Shown here: piece by piece, positions 52,331 through 62,146 of the stretch
Layout: the number at the start of each line of letters is the position of its first letter
Position numbering within the stretch: position 1 is the stretch's first letter
NCBI RefSeq assembly: GCF_022483985.1
Contig: NZ_JAKVME010000003.1
Span: 9,442-73,441, forward strand
DNA length: 64,000 nt
Direction of reading: 5' to 3'
Source of the DNA: Acetobacter sp.
GTDB taxonomy: Bacteria; Pseudomonadota; Alphaproteobacteria; Acetobacterales; Acetobacteraceae
Made by a program: the position numbers and the translations under genes
The notes under the pieces: generated by a model
Told to the model about the DNA's origin: nothing
Databases searched by the model: none
What the model saw: the letters and a program-made list of their open reading frames with translations, nothing else

Positions 52331-52806
52331 ACCGGTCCGACAGGTGGGGAACGTGCGACACAGATGAATATCGCGTTCGCCCGGTGCGACCGTCTTCCAT
52401 GCTGGTGCCGCGGGCTGCGACCTGACACCCGCCCCCGACTGCCACGTCCCTGCTGCGAACGGTTCGGGCCGTATCCTACGGACCCGTCGTTCCAACGAAG
52501 GCCTGCCAGCCGCTTGCCCGCTGGACGATCCCTCCTTCGCCACGGACAGTCCGACCGTTTCACGGGTGAGGAAGGGGCAGTCACGTCTCTTGTCAGCCAC
52601 TCGCACAGCCGGACATGGGAGAGACGTCGCCGCCCATCCCGGTCTCCCCGGGCGGGGTCTTCCGGGTGCGCCGCGCCCGAGGCGGCGAGCAAAATGGTCG
52701 CACTCCGGCTGACCGTTCATGTCCGCAGCCCCATGATATGTGACGACGACATGATGGAATTGTGCTAGAATGCGCCGTCTAGAGGCTGAACAAGTAATGG
52801 GCTGTC

Positions 52807-53229
52807 ATGATGCCAACGATGACGAGCAAGAATGATGGGGGCAGCATCGCCGTCGATGCTGTTCACAAAGCCGCAGGATCGCGAGACTGGCGGCATAACA
52901 ATCGGACGCGTGCCCTACTGGCAAGCGAACCTAAGCTCAAAACCATTGTTCGTCTGGCAAAGCAGAAGCTGGGAGCGAAGCAGGTCTGGATTTTCGGGAG
53001 CCGGGCCACCGGTACAAATCGCCCTGATAGCGACTGGGATATTTTCCTCGTTCTTCCGAACCGTGCCAGTGACAGTGACCTCAGTCCCAGCAAAACCTGG
53101 GCCGTCGGTCGAGAGGCCGGCCTGATTGCGGATATCGTCGCTGAACGAGACGCCGAGATTCGCTCGACCATCAACGTGCCCAACACATTGTCCTATATTC
53201 TTCACCGTGAGGGTGTGCGCGTTGGCTAA
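52807..53229 (+). CDS. nucleotidyltransferase-domain protein (MNT-type antitoxin candidate)
   Basis: Minimal NTase motif IFGSRATGTNRPDSDWDIFLV (GS-x9-D-x-D). Confidence 0.65.
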   Translation: MMPTMTSKNDGGSIAVDAVHKAAGSRDWRHNNRTRALLASEPKLKTIVRLAKQKLGAKQVWIFGSRATGTNRPDSDWDIFLVLPNRASDSDLSPSKTWAVGREAGLIADIVAERDAEIRSTINVPNTLSYILHREGVRVG

Positions 53230-53686
53230 AACGCCCGATCCCGTTGCAAAGAAGATCGGCTCGCAGATCTGGCTGGCCAATAATTTCCTCAGTGATGCGC
53301 GCCTGCTCCACGCTTCCGGCAGCCGAAATGCGGTCAACCAGCTTTTCTACGCGGTCGAGGCCGCCCTGATTGCCGTCATGACTGCGGAAGGGATCCATAT
53401 CGGACGTCAGCATCAGCACCAGCTCGGCGCCATTCTCGATGACCTGCCTGACGATAACCCGTTGAAACCGGGGTTTCGTGAGGTTGAGGTGCTGACGGCT
53501 TATGCGACCACCTATCGTTATGCGACACCCGGCGGCAATATTCCCCGCGCTCCTGATCCGGATGACGTCGATCGCTGGCAGGAAACGGCTTCACGTCTGG
53601 TCGAAACCATCACACGACATTTCGGGGTGACGGTCACACCAGATGCGTTCAATGCGATAGCAGACGTTACCTCGCCCCCTCGCTAA
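53213..53686 (+). CDS. HEPN-domain protein (toxin candidate of an MNT/HEPN pair)
   Basis: GTG at 53213 (or 53207/53222) overlaps the MNT stop. The helical protein has AVNQLFYAVEAALIAVMTAEGIHIGRQHQHQLG, which is HEPN-like. The R-x4-H motif is not a clean match. Confidence 0.5.
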   Translation: MCALAKTPDPVAKKIGSQIWLANNFLSDARLLHASGSRNAVNQLFYAVEAALIAVMTAEGIHIGRQHQHQLGAILDDLPDDNPLKPGFREVEVLTAYATTYRYATPGGNIPRAPDPDDVDRWQETASRLVETITRHFGVTVTPDAFNAIADVTSPPR

Positions 53687-53852
53687 GCCTCCCTGCCCCG
53701 GCTTTGCCGGAAGATCACAATTGAGTCTGGGACAGTCGCGCCATGCGGCGGATCGTTGTGCAAAATGCATCCGCCTCCCGACGGTGCATGTGGTCGAGCG
53801 GGAACGACCGCCAAAAGTATACCGAAACAGTATTCTCATCTGGAGGAGGCGC

Positions 53853-54170
53853 TCACGCGCCAGCCTCCCTGCGGAATCGCCAGACCGGAATGCCCATCTG
53901 CTTGGCCTTGTCGGCCAGATTGTCCTGTATGCCCGATCCCGGAAACACCATGATGCCGACGGGCAGGACTTTCAGCAGGGCGTCGTTGCGCCGGAACGGG
54001 GCGGCCTTGCCATGCCGGTTCCAGTCGGGTTTGAAGGCGATCTGGGCAACCTGCCGATGATCGGCCCAGCGGGAGGCGATGAATTCCGCGCCCTTGGGTG
54101 AACCGCCATGCAACAGCACCATGTCGGGATGCTTCTCGCGCACCTTGTCAAGATGGTTCCAGATCAGAAG
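53853..54170 (-). pseudogene. DUF2493 (SLOG-like) ICE protein, N-terminally truncated
   Basis: ..LDKVREKHPDMVLLHGGSPKGAEFIASRWADHRQVAQIAFKPDWNRHGKAAPFRRNDALLKVLPVGIMVFPGSGIQDNLADKAKQMGIPVW. The upstream part of the ORF is unrelated sequence. Confidence 0.6.
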
Positions 54171-54487
54171 ATGACCAGCTCGGCGCGGTGCGACAGCAGC
54201 CCGTGCTGGAGATTGATCGCCGCCAGAGGCGCGGGGAGATTGCGCAGGTACGACGATGGCGCGCCGACCAGACTGCACATCTGGCCAAACGACCAGTGCG
54301 TGGGCGCGATCGGGTCATTCTGTCCCGGCACGGTCAGGGTCAGGGTCATCATCCGATCCGCAGCGAACGCCAGCATCTCACGAACAAAATCGCCATCCGA
54401 CGCTTGCTCCACAAGCTCCAGCAGCGCCATCTTCTCGCCGGTCATCGTCAGGTCCTTCAGGTTCATTTCGCACCCGAACCCTATCAA
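54164..54487 (-). pseudogene. chimeric scrap: IS256-family transposase N-terminus fused to a DUF932-like ICE gene fragment
   Basis: MALLELVEQASDGDFVREMLAFAADRMM is IS256-like. It is followed by LTVPGQNDPIAPTHWSFGQMCSLVGAPSSYLRNLPAPLAAINLQHGL, which is DUF932-like. Confidence 0.45.
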
Positions 54488-55093
54488 AGACCGGCGATGG
54501 CCGCCTCAGCGGCCAATCTCACTCCTACACCACGCCCCGTGACAGCGATTCCGCCGGTGAGCGTATTGTCGTCACATCGCGCAATTTCCACTAATCAATA
54601 AGGCCGCCGATAAAGCTCACGCCATCGTGAAGCGCCCCGATTTCAGCCCAACCTACGCTGGAGTTTCACTCCCGTTTGCATCCTATACGGATCCTGCGCG
54701 TATGTCCCAAACGCAGAAAGCCGCCCTTACGGACGGCTTAACATGCTGATGATGTTGGATAATGTATGGTTGCGGAGGCACGCAAACCCCGATACCGACA
54801 GTCACTTCAGGCGGCAATATAATTACGTGATGTCAGTAGTTTAATACCTTAAATTAGGACAGGCACTCAGTTTAGCTCCACGAAGCGGCATCAGTTCAAG
54901 AAGCTATATATCGTCAACATTTGGACCCATCATCCAACTCAGCCTTTTTGCGTATAATAAGTTATCGACCCATCACTCTCTTCCGACCAGGCAGAGCACA
55001 CATTCTTAAAATCAATCAGAATAACCAGCATTCGGCGCTCTTGCATCTATACCCAGAGCTTAAATTACGCTTTGCTTTTTATTAGCACTATCC

Positions 55094-55963
55094 TCAAGCA
55101 CATAATTCTACGGGCTCCAAACCAAGAGACTCCGGCATTCTTAGTTTTTTTGATAATATTAAAAGTTCTTTTCCAATACGTTTTTTTTGGACTGAATAAT
55201 TTATATCAAATCCGAACTGCCGTCGTTTTTTATATAAGTTTTGAATTTCAGGCACAAAATCGTAGGTTACAATCCATGGGCACTTAATTCCCATCACGGC
55301 TTCAGAAAGTTTTTGATGGTCTTCAGCATCATAAAAACTTGTATATAAAGACGATCCCTTATTATAATAGGGAGGATCAATACAAAACAAAACTTTTTCG
55401 TCAAAGAGCAATGATTTATTTTTTATGTAAGATGAAGCATCTTCATTTGTAAGGTTTATTCTATCTTTATACTTGAAAACCCTTTCAATTCTTGATATTA
55501 GATCCTCCTTATTAAACCTACAATCAATCTTATAATTACCTTCTTGAGACAGTCCTCCAATAACCCCAGCCCCTTTTATGATACCAGATCTATTCGTTCT
55601 GTTTAAAAAGAATGCAGAAAATCCCAAAGATAAAGGGTCTCTAATATCCTGCTGCAAAAACATTTCTCTTTGTCTATGCCATTCGTGCATGTTGACCGGA
55701 GTATATGTAATCATATCTAAAAAATCTCTATTATGATTTAATACACTAAACCAAAATGCATAAATAGCCGGGTCTATATCGTTAATATGAATATCTGAGA
55801 CCTCTCCTCCATAAAGCAATGTCAAAGCTAACCCAGCCCCTCCTGCAAACGGCTCCACATAATGGCCCCGCTCCAATTTATTTAACTTCAATATGTAGGA
55901 CACCATCTCGGCTAGACAGGTTTTGCCACCGGGATAGCGCAGCGGGGATACAGTTCGTGCCAT
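55094..55963 (-). CDS. Dam-family (D12 class) N6-adenine DNA methyltransferase
   Basis: SPLRYPGGKTCL, YVEPFAGGAGLAL (SAM site) and CIDPPYYN (DPPY catalytic motif). ATG at 55963. Very AT-rich. Confidence 0.85.
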   Translation of the reverse strand: MARTVSPLRYPGGKTCLAEMVSYILKLNKLERGHYVEPFAGGAGLALTLLYGGEVSDIHINDIDPAIYAFWFSVLNHNRDFLDMITYTPVNMHEWHRQREMFLQQDIRDPLSLGFSAFFLNRTNRSGIIKGAGVIGGLSQEGNYKIDCRFNKEDLISRIERVFKYKDRINLTNEDASSYIKNKSLLFDEKVLFCIDPPYYNKGSSLYTSFYDAEDHQKLSEAVMGIKCPWIVTYDFVPEIQNLYKKRRQFGFDINYSVQKKRIGKELLILSKKLRMPESLGLEPVELCA

Positions 55964-56009
55964 TACCAATCATACCAACTCGAAAAATGGGCTATAAAGC
56001 ATCAACATC

Positions 56010-57500
56010 TCATCCAGATTTTTTCTCTGCACTCTGTTTAATTATATCTTCAATGCACGCATTAACCAATGGTGCTATCGCTTCCATATCATTCGCCAAC
56101 TGGTGTCCATAAAAATTTGCAGAGGTTCCATGGTGTTTCGTCGTATTGCCATGTTCTGAAATTCTTTTAACCGCTTGGTTGAATGCATTATATGTTTCTT
56201 TTTCTTGAAACCCGTAAGCTTTTACCTTTTCCTTACTCCAAAACGATATAAAATCATTATTGGGTCCTTTCCCTGCGAGGGCAGCTAGTGATTCAAGAAA
56301 GGCCCAGCATCCAACTGATAATAAGGGCGTATTGTCATACAGAGACACATTGCAAAGTGAACAATATAGACTTTCTAGTTTTTTACTTTTTATTTTCTTC
56401 AGACCATCAAGTATATTCGAATGATTTTGGATGTATTTCTGCGTACTTGGACGAATCTGTCGCCCAGAGTGATCTCCATTATTTTTAGAATCGACTTCGT
56501 TATCTCGTTCGAAATCTGGATCGGTTTTATCCTTACTTCCCTCCTCAGTTGTTCGATCTGTCTGATTTTCGGTAGGAGAATTACCCGCATCATGAGTTGA
56601 GGCGTTGTCAGATGTCTCTTTAGATATTTTCCTACCGGATGAGTGATCAAGTGCCGCCGATGGTGTTTTCGGTGCCTGGTCTATCAACGGCCATTTCAAA
56701 ATTCTAGGGCTATCAGAAGTTTCTAGGTGAATTAATTTATCAGCATATTTATCAATTTCAGCTTTTTTTGCCCGAGAATTCACAACTCCAGACAAAAGAT
56801 CTTCAATAAATAACTTTGACAAGTCATTAAAAGTTTTCTTATTTCTATCAGTACAAACAATATCATCATCATTAAGAGATAGTCCGAAGCATAATTCTCT
56901 TATTTTTGAATTGCTCAAATATCTTTGTACCGTTGTTAATCTTCCTTTTCTATTTCCGTTTTCTATAATCGACTCTCTCTCAGAATAATCCAAAAATTCT
57001 AAAGCAAATTTATTCTTATCATTTTTCTGTTTGTCTCTAATGAACCTAGATTTTTGATCGGCGTCCCAAGATTTCCGGCCTATGCCACCATTTTGGCCGG
57101 AATGATTTCGTTCTACCCAAATGCTAGCATCATCTACATCAGAAAAAATCACACATCTTACAGAATTTATACCTTCAAACGACTTCTCAAGTCTTTTGAA
57201 TTGGGACTTAAATTTGGTCGGAGCAAGTTCTGGATCTTTGAGAAGTTTCAATGCACATAAGCGCCGATTGCCCTCGACGACTTCATATGCGCCTTGATTG
57301 CCAGCCACAGGTATAACAGCAAACATTTCAATGGGGCTCAAGCCATTGGTTGCTATATCTCGAGCCAATGGATAGACATCTTCTTTATCACAAAGATACT
57401 CTATTGCATCAGATTCTGTTCCTGACGGAGTATGCCTGGGATTTTTTAAATCAAGAAATAGTTTAGAAAGACTAATATTTTTTATATCTCGCTTTACCAC
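56010..57500 (-). CDS. ParB/Srx N-terminal-domain protein with a disordered acidic linker and an unknown C-terminal domain
   Basis: GTG start. LFLDLKNPRH and YEVVEGNRRLCALKLL (GxxRxxA arginine patch). A low-complexity S/T/D/E/N stretch near the middle. The C-terminal ~130 aa are unassigned. The gene lies 46 bp upstream of the Dam gene on the same strand. Confidence 0.7.
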   Translation of the reverse strand: MVKRDIKNISLSKLFLDLKNPRHTPSGTESDAIEYLCDKEDVYPLARDIATNGLSPIEMFAVIPVAGNQGAYEVVEGNRRLCALKLLKDPELAPTKFKSQFKRLEKSFEGINSVRCVIFSDVDDASIWVERNHSGQNGGIGRKSWDADQKSRFIRDKQKNDKNKFALEFLDYSERESIIENGNRKGRLTTVQRYLSNSKIRELCFGLSLNDDDIVCTDRNKKTFNDLSKLFIEDLLSGVVNSRAKKAEIDKYADKLIHLETSDSPRILKWPLIDQAPKTPSAALDHSSGRKISKETSDNASTHDAGNSPTENQTDRTTEEGSKDKTDPDFERDNEVDSKNNGDHSGRQIRPSTQKYIQNHSNILDGLKKIKSKKLESLYCSLCNVSLYDNTPLLSVGCWAFLESLAALAGKGPNNDFISFWSKEKVKAYGFQEKETYNAFNQAVKRISEHGNTTKHHGTSANFYGHQLANDMEAIAPLVNACIEDIIKQSAEKKSG

Positions 57501-57734
57501 GGGGCCTCACAAAAAGTTCTAATTTGACTAATATGTGCCTTAAGAATACCCAGAACCATCTCTACCCGCAACGGTTGCCCGAATTCCATTCAGAATTAAC
57601 TCAAATACGACAAAGGGAGCCTAGAATTTCCCAAACCTGTGGCGATGAACCGTTCCAACAGGTGTTATGAGAAATGTGAAATCGGGATGCCTTGGCCGGT
57701 TCCGGGCATCAATATCTCAGCATAGACGGAAAGA

Positions 57735-57818
57735 TTACGTTAGCCGGGTGGAGAGCAGCAGAAATGTTACCTTCATGCGCTTGTCGTCCTTGATCGGGCC
57801 GAGCCTCAGCTTCGTCAG
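57735..57818 (-). pseudogene. DUF2274-like ICE gene stub (start codon lost, truncated)
   Basis: LTKLRLGPIKDDKRMKVTF.. follows trbI as in Tn4371/ICE backbones. The expected overlapping ATG reads CTG, and homology stops after about 20 codons, where the AT-rich cassette begins. Confidence 0.5.
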
Positions 57819-59014
57819 GGCTGGATTTCCTTCGTTCTCCAGGGCTTGAGAACCAGATCGTGGTTCAGAATAAGCGTGAACGGTAGACCCGGCCGGTCGG
57901 TCAGCGTCGGCTGGACGTTAAGGCTGCGATCGATCAGGCGGTTGCCTACCATGGAAAACCCGTTACTAGCCCCACTGCGGATCGCCTGCATCAGGTTGTT
58001 CTCGTTCCACGACGTCCCGGCTTCGGAGCCCACGCTGAGCAGGGTTGTGACCAGCGCCGCCCTGAAAAGCTGTCCCCAATGGTTGTTTACCTCATCGGAC
58101 AGGCCGGACTGACCGATGGCGTCGCCACCGGGCAGCTTTTCCAGCACCAGGCTCTCCCCGTTCAGGTAGATCAACCGGGTCCAGATGATCTGGGTCCGCT
58201 GCTGCCCGAAGGAAACACTGCTGTTATAGGCCCCGAACAGGGTGCTGCCCTGCGGGATCAGCAGGAATCGGCCGGTCGGGCTGTCATAGACGTTCTGGGT
58301 GACATGACCGACAATCTGACCCGGCAGATCGGAGCTGATTTTCGTATTCAGCGCACCAGCGATGACAGTACCCGCCTGCAGAACGTATGGCGAGGTCGGG
58401 AGCATAATCCGGTCGGGACTCACCGTCGCACGGTCTGACTGACCCGCCAGAAAGGCGCGATTGCCAGCCTGCTGGTCGGTTCCTGCCGATGATGCCTGCG
58501 CTCCGGGAGCGGTCGCCATCACCGGCACCGCCTGCGCACTCTGCCCCTCCCGCACCTCGACCTGCGCGAAAAGTCGGCTGGTGCGCGCCGCCTCGATTTC
58601 CTGGTCGCCGCGACGATCCTCCATGCCGGGAACCGGTCCCGCACGTCCCTGCCACTGCGCGTTGACGATCGGCCGGCCCAGATCGCCGGGCAGAGGCTGC
58701 CCCAGCTTCGGGGCATTGGTATAGTCGCGGGGCAAAGCCGACAGCCCGTCGGCCGAGGCACGCGCGTCGGTATCCTGTGCCGCCTGAACCGGTCCTTTTG
58801 GCGTGTTGCCTTGCAGCGCGTAGCCCAACGCGAGACCGATGGCGAGCATTCCGATGGCCCCCAGGGTCCAGATGACGGGGCGCGAAAGCTTTACGACCGG
58901 CGGACGCTGCGCGCGCAGCCGCAGATCGGGTGGCACTGCTGATCCCGGCCCCGCTGCGCTCCCGTTGCCAATAGCGCCTCCGTCCTCACCCGGGCGTTCT
59001 TCCGCGCTGCTCAT
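57815..59014 (-). CDS. trbI: conjugal transfer protein TrbI (VirB10 family)
   Basis: Gly/Pro-rich N-terminus, a single TM (VIWTLGAIGMLAIGLALGYAL) and a conserved C-terminal VirB10 barrel sequence (QAGTVIAGAL..DLPGQIVGHVT..). Confidence 0.85.
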   Translation of the reverse strand: MSSAEERPGEDGGAIGNGSAAGPGSAVPPDLRLRAQRPPVVKLSRPVIWTLGAIGMLAIGLALGYALQGNTPKGPVQAAQDTDARASADGLSALPRDYTNAPKLGQPLPGDLGRPIVNAQWQGRAGPVPGMEDRRGDQEIEAARTSRLFAQVEVREGQSAQAVPVMATAPGAQASSAGTDQQAGNRAFLAGQSDRATVSPDRIMLPTSPYVLQAGTVIAGALNTKISSDLPGQIVGHVTQNVYDSPTGRFLLIPQGSTLFGAYNSSVSFGQQRTQIIWTRLIYLNGESLVLEKLPGGDAIGQSGLSDEVNNHWGQLFRAALVTTLLSVGSEAGTSWNENNLMQAIRSGASNGFSMVGNRLIDRSLNVQPTLTDRPGLPFTLILNHDLVLKPWRTKEIQP

Positions 59015-59265
59015 GACTTTCTGCCATCCGTGCGCACGATACGCACGCGCTGCTCGGAATGTTTGTCACCCAGACGCAATTCAGCGGCGGCAAACAGGCG
59101 GTCGACGATCATCCAGTTCTGCCGCATCCGGTAATTGACCAGTTCCGGGCCGCCATCGGACCCAAGCACGAAAAGCGGCGGCAGTTCCCCCTGTCCGATC
59201 CCGGCCGGAAACGCGATATAGACCTTGTGGCCATCGTCAAACGCCCGGCCAGGCAGCCAGGGCGG
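59011..59265 (-). pseudogene. trbG: TrbG (VirB9 family), C-terminal fragment only
   Basis: ..AFDDGHKVYIAFPAGIGQGELPPLFVLGSDGGPELVNYRMRQNWMIVDRLFAAAELRLGD... It joins directly to the trbD 3' end. Confidence 0.7.
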
Positions 59266-59524
59266 CGTAGCGGAGATGCCGCCGTCCGACCTCGACGAAC
59301 AGCGGATCGCGTTTGGCACCCCAAACCGCGAGGCTATGCCCCACGATCCAGAATACCGCCCCGACCAGCCAGAGCCGCAGACCCAGCGAGATCGCGGCGC
59401 CCAGCGTGCCATTGGCGATGGCCAGCGTACGGGGTGCCCCGCCCAGCAGGATCTGGTCGGTCAGCGAGCGATGCACCGGGACATGAAAGCCCGGCACCGC
59501 GTCATCGTCATATCCAGCGCCCAT
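59237..59524 (-). CDS. trbD: TrbD (VirB3 family), C-terminus altered by the deletion junction
   Basis: MGAGYDDDAVPGFHVPVHRSLTDQILLGGAPR..LWLVGAVFWIVGHSLAVWGAKRDPLFVEVGRRHLRY. The ATGA overlaps the trbC stop. Confidence 0.7.
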   Translation of the reverse strand: MGAGYDDDAVPGFHVPVHRSLTDQILLGGAPRTLAIANGTLGAAISLGLRLWLVGAVFWIVGHSLAVWGAKRDPLFVEVGRRHLRYAALAAWPGV

Positions 59525-59853
59525 CAGATCAGCGCTCCACCGCTGAAGCTGAAGAACGACAGGAAGAACGAGCTGGCCGCAAAAGCGATGGACAGGCCGA
59601 AGACGATCTGGATCAGGCGGCGGAAGCCACCAGAGGTTTCCCCGAACGCCAGCGTCAGGCCGGTCACGGTGATGATGATCACCGACACGATACGCGCTAC
59701 CGGTCCCTGCACGGATTCCAGAATCTGGTTGAGCGGTTCCTCCCACGGCATGTCCGATCCGGACGCCAAGGCCGAGGAGCACCATGCGATGGACAGCAGC
59801 ACGGCGGAAAAGACAGGCGCGTGCCGACGCACGCGAAACAGCGTGATGTTCAT
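59524..59853 (-). CDS. trbC: TrbC (VirB2 pilin family)
   Basis: MNITLFRVRRHAPVFSAVLLSIAWCSSALA signal, MPWEEPL and two TM helices. The ATGA overlaps the trbB stop. Confidence 0.75.
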   Translation of the reverse strand: MNITLFRVRRHAPVFSAVLLSIAWCSSALASGSDMPWEEPLNQILESVQGPVARIVSVIIITVTGLTLAFGETSGGFRRLIQIVFGLSIAFAASSFFLSFFSFSGGALI

Positions 59854-60808
59854 TGGAAATCTCCATCGGTATCGATTGAATGAATGCGATAGGCGCCTGT
59901 GGCGGGGTCGATCCCGTCCACGGTGGCGAGTTCGGACAACCGGCGCTGTGTGCCTCGCCCCGACAGGACAGCGATCACGTCGATCGTCTCGGCGATCAGC
60001 ACGCGGGGCACGGTGACGACGATTTCCTGGATCAACTGCTCCATGCGATGCAACGCGCCGATGGCGGTGCCGGCGTGGAGCGTACCGATGCCGCCAGGAT
60101 GGCCCGTGCCCCACGCCTTGAGCAGGTCGAGCGCCTCGGGACCGCGCACCTCGCCGATCGGGATACGGTCGGGCCGCAGGCGCAGGGCTGAACGGACCAG
60201 TTCGGACAGGGTGACGATGCCATCACGGGTGCGCAGGGACACGAGGTTGGGTGCCGCGCATTGCAGTTCGCGCGTGTCCTCGATCAGCACGACCCGGTCG
60301 TCGGTTTTCGCGACCTCGGCCAGCAGGGCATTGACCAGCGTGGTCTTGCCGGTCGAGGTTCCGCCCGCGACCAGGATGTTCTTCCGGTCTGCTACAGCGC
60401 GACAAAGGTATGCTGCCTGCCCCGCTGTCATGATCCCGGCAGCGACATAATCGTCGAGGGTAAACACGGCGACGGCGGGTTTGCGGATGGCGAAGCTCGG
60501 GGCCGTCACCACGGGCGGGAGCAATCCCTCGAACCGTTCGCCGGTCGGCAATTCGGCCGAGACACGCGGGGCACCGTCATGCACCTCCGCCCCAACATGA
60601 TGCGCTCAGCGTCGGCGAGTGTGATGACGTCGCCCGTGTCGGACAGGCCCTCCGACAGACGGTCGATCCACAGCCGCCCGTCCGGGTTAAGCATCACCTC
60701 GACCACGGAAGGATCGGCAAGGTGCCCTGCGATCGCCGGCCCCATCGCTGTGCGCAGCATGGAAATGCCACGTGCCTGACTTTCCGAATTATGGTGCGAA
60801 ACCGCCAT
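59850..60808 (-). pseudogene. trbB: TrbB (VirB11 ATPase), broken by a small deletion/frameshift near 60590-60600
   Basis: The N-terminal part (MLRTAMGPAIAGHLADPSVVEVMLNPDGRLWIDRL..ADAERI) is in one frame. The rest ([27 protein letters not shown]..) is in another. Confidence 0.8.
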
Positions 60809-60910
60809 CTGATCCCCGCTCGAACGGGACCGGAACAGATGGCCCCCATACGGGGATGATTAAAAGAAGGCCATTTCGGCTCGATTCAACAACTATCGCA
60901 TACCGTGCGG

Positions 60911-61255
60911 TCATCGCGTGGAAACGGCGGCGATCGGCGGGATTGACGAATCCTTGCGGCAACCCCACGCAATCTGACGATTACTGGGGGTCTTCGCCTT
61001 TTCGGCTGGGGTCAGCGGACGGGCAGGAAAGACCCGGCAGGGTGTCTCGTCGATGGTGGACCTGCGGACACCATTCTCGACCCACATCTGAAGATCTGGG
61101 AGAGCATAAACGATGCGACCGCCGATTTTCCGGTAGGTCGGGCCGGTGCCGTAGGTGCGGTGTTTTTCCAACGTGCGGATGGAAATACCTAGGAAGCGCG
61201 CCGCATCGGGCGTGCGCAGGAAACGGGGCGGCAACCCCGTCTTGGGATCGAGCAT
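60911..61255 (-). CDS. excisionase/AlpA-like helix-turn-helix protein
   Basis: RFLRTPDAARFLGISIRTLEKHRTYGTGPTYRKIGGRIVYALPDLQMWVE. I chose the start at 61255. The C-terminal tail may be read-through. Confidence 0.55.
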   Translation of the reverse strand: MLDPKTGLPPRFLRTPDAARFLGISIRTLEKHRTYGTGPTYRKIGGRIVYALPDLQMWVENGVRRSTIDETPCRVFPARPLTPAEKAKTPSNRQIAWGCRKDSSIPPIAAVSTR

Positions 61256-61803
61256 GATCGGGCCTCCGGTTGGGTTCGGCGGCTGTCGGTCACGACAGCG
61301 GGCCATGGCGAACCGTGGCGGAAGATCGGCAAGATAGAGAGTGCCGGAATCAAGGCGGTATGGTTTCGGCACCCCAATGGATCTTACTTATGAAGAATGG
61401 CAGCAATGGCGAGGAACGGAATGTCTGCTTTGTGTAGGGAAATTGGTAAAACCGGACATGCACACAGACGACCGACGCGAAGGATTCCATCCCATTCTGG
61501 TCGTTCAAATAACCCGTGAGACTTTCTGAAGCCAACATTTTCTCATCAATCAGCCAAGCGTCAGCTAATTGATTCGGTTTACGTGTTCGGACCCCACCTG
61601 GTCCGCCGATTACCGTGCAAACTGGCCACCTGTCCATTCTCTATCAAAGAGAAAGCGCCTTAAGGGGCGGTTGCTCTGCGGGCAGGGATTCTCTTACATC
61701 CTACCAACCAGCATAGCCCGTCGCCACAACCGCCGCTCACATGTCATCGCGTGAATGGCGGCGCATTCACCCCCGTTCCATTCTGCACCTCCCCGCATGA
61801 GTG

Positions 61804-61830
61804 GCATAGAAGCCGGAAAGGCTTCTATGC
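61804..61830. other. perfect 11-bp-stem hairpin / palindrome
   Basis: gcatagaagcc ggaaa ggcttctatgc, about 90 bp upstream of the XRE gene. No T-run follows on either strand. Confidence 0.6.
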
Positions 61831-61918
61831 AGCTCGCTTTCCAGCTAGACGCCCGAGGTGCTCAATGTTACCGTTTTTATATAACCTTTGAGTAAATCTT
61901 CGATCTGCGAGGCTAGAC

Positions 61919-62146
61919 GTGACCATAACGCCAGAGCAGTGCCGAATGGCGCGAGCTGGACTGCATATGAGTCAGGCCGATTTGGCCCGACGCGCTGATG
62001 TCGCACCCGCGACCATCGCAGAATTCGAGAAGGGAAGAAGAACACCTTATGACCGCACGGTTCGCGACATCCAACGCGTTCTCGAAGAGGCAGGGGCAAC
62101 TTTTGTAGATGGTGGCGTGACGCTCACAGCGGAGCAAGGAAAATGA
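61919..62146 (+). CDS. XRE-family HTH transcriptional regulator
   Basis: GTG start. ITPEQCRMARAGLHMSQADLARRADVAPATIAEFEKGRRTP (Cro/C1-type HTH). The stop overlaps the next start (ATGA). Confidence 0.8.
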   Translation: MTITPEQCRMARAGLHMSQADLARRADVAPATIAEFEKGRRTPYDRTVRDIQRVLEEAGATFVDGGVTLTAEQGK

